DNA from: Eledone cirrhosa | Lineage: Eukaryota | DNA length: 64,000 bases | Assembly (NCBI GenBank): GCA_964016885.1 | Contig: OZ024740.1 | Location: 104,532,001 to 104,596,000, forward strand | Direction: 5' to 3' | Shown here: positions 1 through 12,700 of the stretch, in pieces | Position numbering within the stretch: the stretch's first letter is position 1 | Layout: every line of letters begins with the position of its first letter | The notes under the pieces: model-generated | The model's input: only the letters and a program-made list of their open reading frames with translations | What the model was told of the DNA's origin: nothing | The model's database searches: none | Translations under genes and position numbers: made by a program

Positions 1-443
1 GCCTTATTTTCCTTCCTACATACTAGAACTTTAGTCTTAGACAAGTTAACTTTAAGGCCTTTTGATTCTAGGCTATGGTTCCATGTTTGGAATTTCTTCT
101 CTAGTTCAGCCATTGATTCAGCTATGAGCGTTAGATCATCTGCATATAGAAGTTCCCATGGGCAGCCGGTCTTGAACTCCTCTGTTATAGCCTGAAGGGC
201 AATAATAAATAGGAAGGGGCTAAGGACAGAGCCCTGATGAACACCAACTTTTACACTAAATTTTTCACTATATTCGTTGTTAATTCTAACCTTGCTGACT
301 GTTTCTTTATACATGGCTTGTATAGCTCTCACAAGCCATTCATCAACACCTAGTTTTCTAAGAGCCCACCAGATAATGGAGCGGGGTACTCTGTCAAAGG
401 CTATCTCCAAGTCAACAAAAGTTAAGTATAGGGGTTTACTTTT
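1..443 (-). mobile_element. RTE LINE RT fragment (runs off window edge)
   Basis: Reverse complement of the RT segment seen at 13494-13936 and 29362-29805. Confidence 0.9.
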
Positions 444-458
444 AATATATATATATAT

Positions 459-1950
459 CTATACAAGCCATGTATAAAGAAACAGTCAGCAAGGTTAGAA
501 TTAACAACGAATATAGTGAAGAGTTTAGCGTAAAAGTTGGTGTCCATCAGGGCTCTGTTCTTAGCCCCCTACTATTTATTATTGCCCTTCAGGCTATAAC
601 AGAGGAGTTCAAGACCGGCTGCCCATGGGAACTCATATACGCAGATGATCTAACGCTCATAGCTTAATCAATGGCCGAGCTAGAGAAGAAATTCCAAACA
701 TGGAAGCACGGCCTAGAATCAAAAGGCCTTAAAATTAACCTGGCTAAGACTAAAGTTCTAGTTTGTAGGAAAGAAAATAAGGCGGCGGTCCCTTCTGGGA
801 AATGGCCATGCTCAGTGTGTAGGAAAGGCGTAGGTAGAAACTCCATTTTATGTCCCAAATGCAAAGTATGGGTGCATAAAAGATGTAGTGGGATCACAGG
901 TAAGCTAACTAAGAACATAGATTTTATATGTGGCCGGTGCTCTGAAAGTACAGTAGCTAGAGTCAGAACTGGATGGAAAAAGTTCAGAGAGCTTATACCA
1001 CTATTAGCCGCTAAAGGGTTCTCACTAAAAATGAAAGGCAGGTTGTATGATGCCTGAATACGAACAGAAATGCTGCATGGCAGTGAGACCTGGGCATTGC
1101 GTGCAGAGGATATACGCAGACTAGAGAGGAACGAAGCTTGCATGCTCCGCTGGATGTGTAATAGTAATATACGTGAACGGCTAAGCATAAACGAACTAAG
1201 GAAAAAATTAGAAATAAGAAGGATCAGATGTTGTTTACTCGAGAGAAGGCTACGTTGGTACGGTCACGTGATGCGCATGAAAGACGACAGCTGTATAACA
1301 AAGTGCAGGGCAATAAAGATAGACGGTAGCCACGGAGTAGGCAGACCCAGAAAAACATGGGACGAGCTGATAAATTCCGACCTCACACGCTTACACCTCT
1401 CCAAGACAATGTCACTGGACCGAGACCTTTGGCGGTACTCAGTAATAGAGAAGACCCGTCTTACCTAAATACAAAGTAAAACCTACTACAGTCAGTAGGC
1501 ATCTCTAACAAAACACCCCCCCCCCACCCCATCCACACCGCCCCTTTCAATGTAAAGTTATGTTGGTGCCACTACATCCAGGCCGAAACAAATGAGATCG
1601 TGTAGGTGTCACGACAAAAAAACACACAGTCCATGCTGTAATGTGGCCGTGTAGGCAACACGGTAAAAACCTCCCAGCCCCACACTGTAAATGTGGTTGG
1701 TGTTAGGAAGGGTATCCAGCTGTAGAAAACCCGCCAGACAGTCCACGCTGTAATGTGGCCATGTAGGCAACACGGTAAAAACCTCCCAGCCCCACACTGT
1801 AAATGTGGTTGGTGTTAGGAAGGGCATCCAGCTGTAGAAAACCCGCCAGACAGTCCTATGCGAGCAAGACAATCACTCTTGCCTCAAGTGGGAAAACCCC
1901 CGTCCAAACCCATGCAAGCGTGGAACATGGACGTTAAACGTTGATGATGA

Positions 1951-1953
<3 letters not shown>
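459..1953 (+). mobile_element. 5'-truncated RTE LINE (family A)
   Basis: Broken ORFs 470-1468 with QGSVLSP, YADD, PHD-like Cys motif and RLRWYGHV. 3'UTR has 112-bp repeats and a (GAT)n tail. Confidence 0.95.
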
Positions 1954-1984
<31 letters not shown>

Positions 1985-1989
<5 letters not shown>

Positions 1990-2640
1990 AAAAAGTATGA
2001 CCCTGATGGCAGAGCTCAAGCCGTTTCGACGGCTATTTCTGGACTCAAATAGCCTGTCCAGAAATAGCCGTCGAAACGGCTTGAGCTCTGCCGTCGGAGT
2101 CATACTTTTTCCTATTACCCACTCTACTACCCTAAGTATTGAGTACTCTGGTGCGTTATGGTCCATCTGGTTCCTTTGTTAGGGTAGTAGAGTGGGTAAT
2201 AGGAAAAAGTATGACCCCGATTTCGCTCCTAATAACAGTCTTTCCTATCTCTGTTTGGTTGAGCACACTTCTCTGAGTGGCTTTGGGCTGCTCTTTCTAG
2301 CAGTTCGTCCCTTAGAGGCCACTGGTTCACTGCCCTTAAACACGCTGTGACTTCTCTCTCCCACGTGTAGCTGCACAGTCAATTTTAAAATTCTCTTAGT
2401 GTTGTCTGAAATGTATGGCCTTACACACGCTGATGAACCGAGACTAGACCATTTCTTTCAACAAATTTTTGGTGAAACATATCTTTGGATTTGTACGTGT
2501 GTTATATAGTTATAAATGTATTTATTTACGCTTTAATTTATATTTTTAATTATCGTATCTATAGTCTGCCTTTCATAGGTTATAGATTCCATACACAGGT
2601 GGTTTTTTCCCTGTATTATTGATAACGCACTGTATATCTC
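1985..2640 (+). mobile_element. Non-coding hammerhead-bearing element (Penelope-like pLTR or retrozyme) with fold-back 5' end
   Basis: Begins at a (TA)n tract; overlapping inverted repeats 1985-2220; hammerhead at 2423-2502. Right boundary approximate. Confidence 0.6.
2423..2502 (+). ncRNA. Type I hammerhead ribozyme
   Basis: acacacg-CTGATGA-accga...ttggt-GAAA-catatc/gatttg-TA-cgtgtgt: 7-bp stem I, 5-bp stem II, stem III with one mismatch, GUA cleavage triplet. Confidence 0.8.
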
Positions 2641-2712
2641 TCTCTGGTGTGTTACCTTCTCAACATATTATATTTTAAAGAGCTCAGGATCTCTTCTCTT
2701 TTGAGCACATGG

Positions 2713-2897
2713 TGGATTGGCAGTATCGGTAGAGGGTCGGATGCCATGCTTTCCAGCATAGTTACGTCCCTTAACGATCTGAGTTCAAATCCCGCTGAGG
2801 TTGACTTTGCCTTTCATCCTTACGGGGTCGATAAAATAAAGTACCAGTAATGCACTGGGTAATTGCTGGCCTTGTGCCAAAAAGTAGAAACAATTAT
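2713..2897 (+). mobile_element. tRNA-derived SINE, family 1 (Nin/Deu-like core)
   Basis: A-box-like TGGCAGTATCGG, B box GTTCAAATCC, core GACTTTGCCTTTCATCC...GTCGATAAAATAAAGTACCAG. Similar copies at 22.2, 42.8, 47.0, 47.4 and 52.2 kb. Confidence 0.85.
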
Positions 2898-3280
2898 TTA
2901 CAGGGGATAGCGAGGGCCTATGCTTCCATTAATTTATCGTTATATATATATATATATATATAAAACGTGTGTGTGTGAGAGAGTATACATATATAATATT
3001 AATAATAATAATAAATACATGTGATGATGATATATATATACATCATCGCCCCCATTTTACATGTTTTCCATGCTGGCATGATGGGTTGGCCAGATTGTCA
3101 CCTAAGAGTAGATGGGACAAATGTCTATATCTTGCTCATATGTTCCATTTTGCTATGGTTTCTATAGCTGGATGCCTTTTCTAATGTCAACCAATTTAGA
3201 GCATAATGGAAATGCTAGAGAATAGTTAAGAGACTAATGTGTGTGTGTATGTTAATATAGTTGTTAATGTGTTCAGTTAA

Positions 3281-3498
3281 CCCTTGAGCATTTACATTAC
3301 TCTATATTTACTATTGTATTTTCACAGAAAAAACTTTATCTCACATAATTATCCCACATAATATTGAAGCTATGAGATTTTGATATTTATTTTGAGAACA
3401 ATACCTTAACGTCAGTATGAACAGCCAGTTACAGCCAGTTTGAAAAGAAAGAGGTGAGAGAATTCTGGCTGGATATGGCCAGTTTAAACACTAACGGG
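3281..3498. mobile_element. piggyBac-like MITE
   Basis: TTAA|CCC...GGG|TTAA ends with short imperfect TIRs; homologous to 26506-26712. Confidence 0.75.
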
Positions 3499-3864
3499 TT
3501 AAGTATGTGCATGGTCCAGTCGTACTCAAAATAATTGCTAACTATCAACTACTTGGAAGATGACCTATTTTGGCCATGCTGATTACAATAGTAACTGGTG
3601 TACTATTACCCTAGACAGAGAATACAGGACTTCTATTATAACAATTTTTTAAATCAACAACAAAGAGCTACCCAATAACAAGCGAAACAATCCTCAATAC
3701 TTAATGTGTAAATATTTCAAATCTAGATGATTGTCTTTAAGGTAAAAGTAAAAAAAAAAGAAAAACTAAGTGAGAAAACAGATCCTAAGGCAGAACATAT
3801 TCTATATAAATGACCTTGGAAATAGTTGGCCAACCAATAGGATGTTATATCTTATGGTGTTGTA

Positions 3865-4062
3865 TGAGGACCAGCTGAAAAGTTCATAGGCCAACTATGA
3901 AGGAGTGATGCTAGAGCTGTGAAATCTTGCATGTATTAATTTCAACTCTTCTTATTGATAACTGTATTGGTTCTTTCCAGGGAGTATGTTGAAAAATAAA
4001 CCCCATTTAGTCATTCCATGAGAATATCTTGGTCAGCCTATGAACTTTTTAGCTGACCTTCA
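3865..4062. mobile_element. Tc1/mariner-like MITE
   Basis: TA flanks; ~27-bp imperfect TIRs (tgaggaccagctgaaaagttcataggc / gcctatgaactttttagctgaccttca). Partial copy near 38005-38085. Confidence 0.75.
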
Positions 4063-4539
4063 TATATAAGTAGAAAAATAGGAACTCAAAAACTTTGGAT
4101 AGGTAGGACTTTAAAAGATTATATATATTTATCTGGTTTAGAATAGATAAATTATATCCCTATGTATTGTGAGTGGCAACTAAAGTTTTGATATCATAAA
4201 GGACACCAGGTGATAAAAAAAATGCCTCAAAAAGGACCCCATGATGAATATAAAGTCTATCATGAAACCCACAAGGAAAATGGCCTTAAAATACTTGTTG
4301 CTGTATATGATTATGTAAGTTTCATTTTGGTGGGTTTTTTTAATTGAAACTGTCATGTAATATTTTTGTTAAATAGTGTTGTCTGAATTTATGTTGCAAG
4401 TTTGAAAGAGAAATATACGAGTTGGTGACTTTTGAGGGGATATGTATGAGGATGGTAGGTTCAGTGTTGGTGATTTGGTTGGGTTACATATGAGGACAAT
4501 CGGCCTGGTATTAGTGATTTAATTGGGTTATGTGCCAAG

Positions 4540-4825
4540 CACCCAGTTCACACTGTAAAGTAGTGACTTTGGTGCCACAACAAAAAGTGTCCAGTCCACA
4601 CTGTACAGTAGTTGTTCTGGTACCGTGATAAAAAGTGCTCAGTCCACACCGTAAATGTGGTTGGTGTTAAGACGGGTATCCAGCTGTAGAAACCAAACCA
4701 GAAACAGTTCTATATGAGCAAGACAGTCATCTGATCTGACTTATCTCACAACAGGACAACTTATCTAACCCATGCTAGTGTGGAAAATGGATATTAAACC
4801 ATGATAATAATAATGATGATGATGT
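4540..4825 (+). mobile_element. Old RTE 3'UTR/tail remnant
   Basis: GTAAATGTGGTTGGTGTTAAGACGGGTATCCAGCTGTAGAAA motif and (GAT)n tail. Confidence 0.7.
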
Positions 4826-4949
4826 ATGAGCATAATGGGTCTGGTATTGGTGATTTGGTTGGGTTACATATGAGGACGGTAAGCCTGGTATTGGTGATTT
4901 GGGAATTGCTATATTTCTGCCAATGTTTAAAAGAGCTTATATATATATA

Positions 4950-5730
4950 GGTGCAGGCATGGCTGTGTGGTTAAAATAGTAACTTCAGAATCATATTGTT
5001 TTTGGTTCAGTGGCACTGCCTGACAAATTGGGCAACTATCTTTAACCATAGTTTCAGAACAATCCTTGCTTTGTGAGAGAATTTGATAAACAGAAACTGT
5101 AAAGAAGCCCATAAAATATATATCATCACCATCATTTTTATGTTGACTTTTCCATGCTGGCACAGGTTGGATAGGACTTTTTGAGGCAATGTTTTACAGC
5201 CAGATGCCCTTCCTGTTTAGTTACTTCTTACAACAAGCAAGGATGTGGTGTACCTATTCTAAACTGGATACACACACATATATATATGTGAGTGTGTGCA
5301 TGGGTATGTAGTTAAGGTGTTTGGCTCCTTGTTATATTGTGGGTTCAATTCCTAGACTAGGAGGCACATTATGTTCTTGAGCAAAACACTTCATTTCAAA
5401 ATGCTCCAGTCAATTCAGCAGAAAGTTAACCCTGCCATGAACTGACATCTTGTTCAGTGGGGGTGTTTTGTACTCTCAGTATTTAACACCCATGTGTGTG
5501 CTGCCACAGGTTTTATGCTGCTGAAATATGCCTCAAGTACTAAATATGTGAAGGTATATGGCCTAGTGATAAGAGTGTTGGACTTATGAGCATAATGTTG
5601 TGGATTTAATTCCTAGACTAGGTTGTGTTTTGGGAGCAAAGCACTTAATTTCATATTCGTCCAGTATACTTAGCTAAAGATAAGTACCAGAAGTAGCTGG
5701 GTGTTAACCTTACAATGGACTGACATTTCA
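4950..5730 (+). mobile_element. Cluster of degenerate tRNA-SINE fragments
   Basis: Decayed heads (GGGTTCAATTCC, TGGCCTAGTG) followed by CTTGAGCAAAACACTT...GCTCCAGTC, similar to the SINE at 39076. Confidence 0.5.
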
Positions 5731-6391
5731 GTTGCTTAATCAAACCTGACCTGAAGCTAAACAACAGACAGGACAGTAGGAACAGAGCAATATTTCTAGA
5801 TTACCACACAACATTCCATATGATAAATCATTGTATGTTTGAGTATATAACATGGTTGCCCCACTAAATGGAACAGTATACATCTGGAACAACAGATCTA
5901 GGGATCATACCTAGTCATTCAACTAGATAGCTTCTACATGGTTCCTCAACGTGCTATAAATAACAGCCAAATCTATCTAAAACCTCATTTATGATCTTAA
6001 CATAGGAAGGACACATTGGATAATAATGTGGTTTAAAATACACTATACTGAAAAATAATAGACAGGGTAGTCCCAACTGGAATGGGTTTACTTGATCAAC
6101 CATATCTAGAGCTAAATAGCAGAACCATTGACTACCTTACCTCTAGGTCAAATCTATTCAATCAGGGCAGACTTGAGACTAAACAACAATGTCAGTTGTT
6201 TTCTGCGGGCAATTTTCCTTGGTAGGGATGGGTTTAACCTTACCCCATAGGGTCCTTTACTGCCTGATGCCCTTGTTGCACCAACCCTTTTAATTGCTTT
6301 TTGTGATGCACAGCAATACAGTGTTCCTTATTCTAAACCAGATACACACCTAGTATACCAAACAACAGCAGCTAATTAAAAACAACAGGTA

Positions 6392-7910
6392 ATCATCATC
6401 ATCATCATCGTTTAACGTCCATGTTCCACACTTGCATGGGTTTGGACGGGAGTTTTCCCACTTTAGGCAAGAGGGGTTGTCATTGCTCGCATAGGACTGT
6501 CTGGCGGGTTTTCTACAGTTGGATGCCCTTCCTAACACCAACCACATTTACAGTGTGGACTGGGAGGTTTTTACCGTGTTGCCTACACGGCCACATTACA
6601 GCGTGGACTGTGTTTTTTTGTTGTGACACCTACACGATCTCATTTGTTTCGGCCTGGATGTTGTGGCACCAACATAACTTTACATTGAAAGGGGCGGTGT
6701 GGATGGGGTGGGGAGGTGGGACGGGGGTGTATTTTGTTAGAGATGCCTACTGACTGTAGTAGGTTTTACTTTGTATTTAGGTAAGGCGGGTCTTCTCTAT
6801 TACTGAGTACCGCCAAAGGTCTCGGTCCAGTGACATTGTCTTGGAGAGGTGTAAGTGTGTGAGGTCGGAATTTATCAGCTCGTCCCAGGTTTTTCTGGGT
6901 CTGCCTACTCCGTGGCTACCGTCTATCTTTATTGCCCTGCACTTTGTTATACAGCTGTCGTCTTTCATGCGCATCACGTGACCATACCAACGTAGCCTTC
7001 TCTCGAGTAAACAACATCTGATCCCTCTTATTTCTAATTTTTTCCTTAGTTCATTTATGCTTTGCCGTTCACGTATATTACTATTACACATCCAGCGGAG
7101 CATGCAAGCTTCGTTCCTCTCTAGTCTGCGTATATCCTCTGCACACAATGCCCAGGTCTCACTGCCATGCAACATTGCTGTTCGTATGCAGGCATCATAT
7201 AACCTGCCTTTCATTTTTAGGGAGAACCCTTTAGCGGCTAATAGTGGTATAAGCTCTGAACTTTTTCCATCCAGTTCTGACTCTAGCTACTGTACTTTCA
7301 GAGCACCCTCCCCCACTGCTAATTTTGTCACCCAGGTAACAGAAGCTGTCCACATTTCTATAGAACCCTCTGCGCAATTGAAAGAGCTAGTATTTTGTGG
7401 GCACTTGCTGCTACTTATTGCACCAGAGCACCGGCCACATGTAAAATCTATGTTCTTAGTTAGCTTACCTGTGATCCCACTACATCTTTTATGCACCCAT
7501 ACTTTGCATTTGGGACATAAAATGGAGTTTCTACCTACGCCTTTCCTACACACTGAGCATGGCCACTTCCCGGAAGGGACCGCCGCCTTATTTTCTTTCT
7601 TACAAACTAGAACTTTAGTCTTAGCCAGGTTAATTTTAAGGCCTTTTGATTCTAGGCCGTGCTTCCATGTTTGGAATTTCTTCTCTAGCTCGGCCATTGA
7701 TTCAGCTATGAGCGTTAGATCATCTGCGTATAGGAGTTCCCATGGGTAGCCGGTCTTGAACTCCTCTGTTATAGCCTGAAGGGCAATAATAAATAGTAGG
7801 GGGCTAAGAACAGAGCCCTGATGGACACCAACTTTTACGCTAAACTCTTCACTATATTCGTTGTTAATTCTAACCTTGCTGACTGTTTCTTTATACATGG
7901 CTTGTATAGA
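6392..7910 (-). mobile_element. 5'-truncated RTE LINE (family A)
   Basis: ORFs 7287-8378 (part) and 6777-7214; (CAT)n tail at left; single 3'UTR repeat unit. Confidence 0.95.
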
Positions 7911-8018
7911 TATATATATTTCGCTGTTAATAAACAACTGCCTTCTACAGTACGTTTCATTTAACTTACGCAGCATATTTATTTGTTTACATGTAATGTA
8001 ATTCAGACTCTTCTGTAC

Positions 8019-8271
8019 ACACACAACATTTAGGAAAACGGAAACAAAATACACAAAAAAACAAAACAAAAAAAACAGACATTTTATTTCTATCGTAATC
8101 GAGTGCGCTAAACACACAACAATAAAGGAAAACGGAAACAAAATACACAAACAAACAGACATTTTATTTCTATCGTAATCAAGTGCGCTAAACACACAAC
8201 ATTTAGGAAAACGGAAACAAAATACACAAACAAACAGACATTTTATTTCTATCGTAATCAAGTGCGCTAAA
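8019..8271 (+). repeat. Three ~80-bp tandem repeats in the CR1 5'UTR
   Basis: ACACACAACATTTAGGAAAACGGAAACAAAATACAC...CATTTTATTTCTATCGTAATCAAGTGCGCTAA, three copies. Confidence 0.9.
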
Positions 8272-8304
8272 CCTATATTGTTTACATTCTGTGTTTTTCT
8301 ACGG

Positions 8305-9654
8305 ATGGGTAGAAATAACAAAATTGCCATGGTGATATCCATCGATGAAGTATGCGACAAAACCGGCCGATGTCCCAAAATAGAACATTGCCCAGAAAAT
8401 CACATCTGCCATATCTGTGCGGAACCCGAAAACTCGTTCCGTAATCGCTGGGTCGAATGTAGAACCTGTCGCATCTCTGTCTGCCTTCAATGCACCACAG
8501 GCTTCCGGAGGATCCCAGGCCAAAAAAAGAGACATCATAATGCTATGATGGATGGAATCTGGGAGATGGTCCAGCTAAAATCCTGGTCCTTTCAGACCTG
8601 GCCTGTGTGCCTGCCTCCACTAATGTTATTAATGTTATTGAAAAACAACAACAACAAAAACCAATGACTGTGTCTTCCTCTACCATTGTTACTGAACAAT
8701 GGCAAAAACCTATGACACTGGCTTCTACTGCTATTCCTGTGGGAGAACATCAGAAACAACAACAACCCATGTCTTCCACTCCCAGTACATCTCGACACCA
8801 ACAACTGGTGACTGTGTCTTCCCCTACCATTCCCGTCGAGGAACATCATCATCACCACCAACAACAACAGCAACAACCTGCGACTGTGTCCTCCCCCGCC
8901 ATTCCCGTGGAGGAACATCATCATCACCAACAACAACAACAACAACAACAGCAACAACAACAGCAACAACCTGCGACTGTGTCCTCCCCTGCCATTCCCG
9001 TGGAGGAACATCATCATCACCAACAACAACAACAACCGACCAGTACAGATTTTGCGGAACTGCAACTAATGATTTCTGCTCTGAGAAGGGAAGTTGCAGG
9101 AATAGAGGCAAGCATTCGGGTAGGACCCCACAATGAGGGGTCTTATCGGAATGCCTTGCTAAAGAATCTCCCTGTACCTCTTGCTGAAAAAACTGAAAAG
9201 ACTGCGGAATCTGCTACCCATGAAGTGATTGCCATTGGAGTACCAGAGGACAAGGCTGATCTTCAGGCATTTGCTGCCAGCTCAGCCAAAGACCTAGGCT
9301 GTGTTCCCCCAAAGGGTGCCCTCCGCCTTGGTCGACCTGGTCCAAAACCCAGACTCATCAGGCTGTCTTTCTCGGACCCCGCAGAGGCAACCTCATATCA
9401 TCTGGCCTCTGCTAAAGCTGGGCGTGAAAATCGGATTACCTTCCGAACACGCCCATGTACGTCCAAAACTACGTGCTGCAGCTTCCTTGAATCGGAACTC
9501 AGCACAAGATGAAAGTTTCAGTCTGCGTGATGATGGGCAGATCTGGAGGTTTGTCAAGGCTGGTGAAACGTGGAAGAGAGATACCAGCTGGTCTGAGTGT
9601 GATCTACCCACAATAACTGGCAATGTAAAAACTGCTACAACTCTGGGAAACTAA
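8305..9654 (+). pseudogene. CR1 ORF1, frameshifted (PHD-like N-terminus, polyH/polyQ repeats)
   Basis: CHIC..CRTC....CLQC motif; TVSSPAIPVEEHHHHQQQ repeats; IAIGVPE...RLGRPGPKPRLIRLSF, typical of LINE ORF1. Confidence 0.7.
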
Positions 9655-9710
9655 ACCAGAACAACCTGCCACCCTCTACACACCATCATAAACTGCGAGC
9701 AGGGTACAAA

Positions 9711-12700
9711 TTGTTGTCCTTAAATGCTCGCAGTTTATGCAACAAGATACATCTGTTCGAATTCTACGTCAGAAGCATCGACCCTGACTTCATCACAGTC
9801 ACGGAAACATGGGCACATTCCTTACTCTGTGATGGGGTTTTCACCATTACTGGGTACAACCTTTTCCGCAAGGACCGCATTAACCGCCGTGGTGGTGGTG
9901 TGATGGTCTACGTTCGTTCAAACTTTTCGGTAATTCCTTGCGTTGATTTGAACGAATCACAGGAAGAAGTTTTTTTCTGTGACATACGTATGACCATGTC
10001 AACACTTCTGCTTGGTGTTGTTTATCGCCCCCCAAACTACCATCAGGACACACAGCTTTGCAATATCCTCAGAGTTGCTGCCAAGAAAACAGCCACTTAT
10101 GTGTTTATTGCAGGTGATTCAATCATCCTGAGATCGATTGGGAAACCTTTCGTTGGCCACAGGGTGCAAACGATTTCCTTGAACTAGTGCTGGACGCAAA
10201 CTGGTCACAAGTAGTCACCTCTCCAACAAGAGGTGACAACACTTTGGACCTGATCTTCACCACTACTCCTGAAGTGGTTATCAGTTGTACTACTGAGGAA
10301 CCTCTAGGCGACTCTGATCATGCTATGATCATTGCCAATCTGGCACTTGAGGGCAGCAACAAAAACCAGAGCCATCTCCAATCTGCTTGCTTTGATTGGA
10401 AGAGGGCGGATTGGAACTTGTACTGCACTGAGCTACAGCGCCCAAACTGGCATCATCATCATCATCATCATCATCAGGTTTAGCGTCCGTGTTCCACGCT
10501 TGCATGGGTTTGGACGGGGGTTTTCCCACTTGAGGCAAGAGTGGTTGTCTTGCTCGCATAGGACTGTCTGGCGGGTTTTCTACAGTTGGATGCCCTTCCT
10601 AACACCAACCACATTTACAGTGTGGGGCTGGGAGGTTTTTACCGTGTTGCCTAGACGGCCACATTACAGCGTGGACTGTCTGGCGGGTTTTCTACAGCTG
10701 GATGCCCTTCCTAACACCAACCACATTTACAGTGTGGGGCTGGGAGGTTTTTACCGTGTTGCCTACACGGCCACATTTACAGCGTGGACTGTGTGTTTTT
10801 TGTCGTGACACCTACACGATCTCATTTGTTTCGGCCTGGATGTTGTGGGACCAACATAACTTTACATTGAAAGGGGCGGTGTGGGTGGGGTGGAGGTGGT
10901 GGGACGGGGGTGTGTTTTGATAGAGGTGCCTACTGACTGTAGTAGGTTTTTACTTTGTATTTAGGTAAGGCGGGTCTTCTCTATTACTGAGTACCGCCAA
11001 AGGTCTCGGTCCAGTGACATTGTCTTGGAGAGGTGTAAGCGTGTGAGGTCGGAATTTATCAGCTCGTCCCATGTTTTTCTGGGTCTGCCTACTCCGTGGC
11101 TACCGTCTATCTTTATTGCCCTGCACTTTGTTATACAGCTGTCGTCTTTCATGCGCATCACGTGACCGTACCAACGTAGCCTGTATAACTCTGGAGATGT
11201 GAACTCTATACTCCAGAGCATCCTGGACTCAATATGGATAGCGTGTGCAGCATCAGTGCCACGGAAGCGGAAAAATAACCACCCCAAAAGTGCAATCTGG
11301 GAAACTTCAGCGGTCCGACTTGCCAGGAAAGAACGTCGGAACGCTGAACGGGAATATAAACTGCATAGATCAGATGCCAACAGAAAAAAGCGGAATAAAT
11401 CTTCTAACCATCTCAAGCAAGTGACAAAGAAGGCAGTGCTTGAATTTGAACAGTGCATCGCAACCAATCCTGACAGTAAGGTGTTCTGGAAATATGTTCA
11501 TTCAAAGCAGAGACCTCACTCTCCAGTTGGTCCTCTTCGCAATCCCCACACAAGCCAGATCACTGACGATCCCAAGGAATGCGCAGAACTCATTGCTGAG
11601 TGCTATGCAAATATTTTTACGGTTGAAAACCAGAATGTACCATCTCCACTATCTCTAACATCAAATTCCATAACAACTATGGAATTTACACCTGCAATGC
11701 TGTGACGTCACCTTAAGAATAAGCGCAACTATGCCTCCCCTGGTCTTGATGGTGTGACATACCTGCTTCTCAAACGTGGCGGAGATTTCCTTTTGCGCCA
11801 GCTTTCTTTTTTCTTTCAATACTGTCTCAGCAATGGTGCTACTCCGGAGCAGTGGAAAACTGCCAGTGTCATTCCCCTGTTCAAAAAGGGCAACCGCATG
11901 TCACCTGTCAACTATCGTCCAGTCAGTCTTACTAGCTGTATGGCCAAACTGATGGAATCCTGTGTCAGAGAAACACTTTGGAACTTCTGGAGCTCTCACA
12001 GCCTCATCCGGCCCTCACAGTTTGGATTTATCCCTAACTCCAGCTGCTGTGATCAGCTTATCGAGTTCCTTGAGGACATCACCCGGATCACTGACAGCGG
12101 CTCATGGGTGGATGTTGTTTACCTTGACTTTTAAGGCTTTTAATTCTGTGCCACACAAAAGACTTATGGCAAAACTCTCTGCAATGGGTGTGAGGGATGA
12201 TCTTTTCGACTGGCTGAAATCCTTCATTCTCAGCCGAAAGGAAGTAGTCACGGTTCTAGGACAACATTCTTCACCATATGAGATGTCATCTGGTGTACCA
12301 CAGGGATCTGTTCTTGGTCCTCTTTTGTTTGTGGCATATATTAATGACATAGATGCCAACTTACAGAATGCCACGGTACTAAAATATGCAGATGACATCA
12401 AGCTGTACCTTGAAATCAAAAGGACTGATCCTGAAATTTACAACTCTTTCCTACAATCAGACCTGGACACAATGCAGCAATGGATCAGACTGGCAACTGA
12501 AGCTGGCTGTGGACAAGTGTACCACCATGCATTTTGGAAGGAAAAATCCAGCGTCCACATACTCCCTCCACAACACTGACATCAAAAAGTCCTCTTGTGA
12601 ACGTGACCTGGGCATTACTGTCAGCAACGATTTGCGTTGGACAAAGCATGTCTCTAAGATTGTCAAGAAGGCCGAGGGTGTCTTGGCATCACTCAGCAAG

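Noticed and set aside
7057-7749. Long antisense ORFs over RTE copies (also 664-1188, 29610-30011, 33447-33893)
   Set aside because: Shadow frames of the RT gene with no independent motifs.
8019-8271. CRISPR-like repeat array
   Set aside because: Contiguous tandem units without unique spacers, no cas genes, eukaryotic context; part of the LINE 5'UTR.
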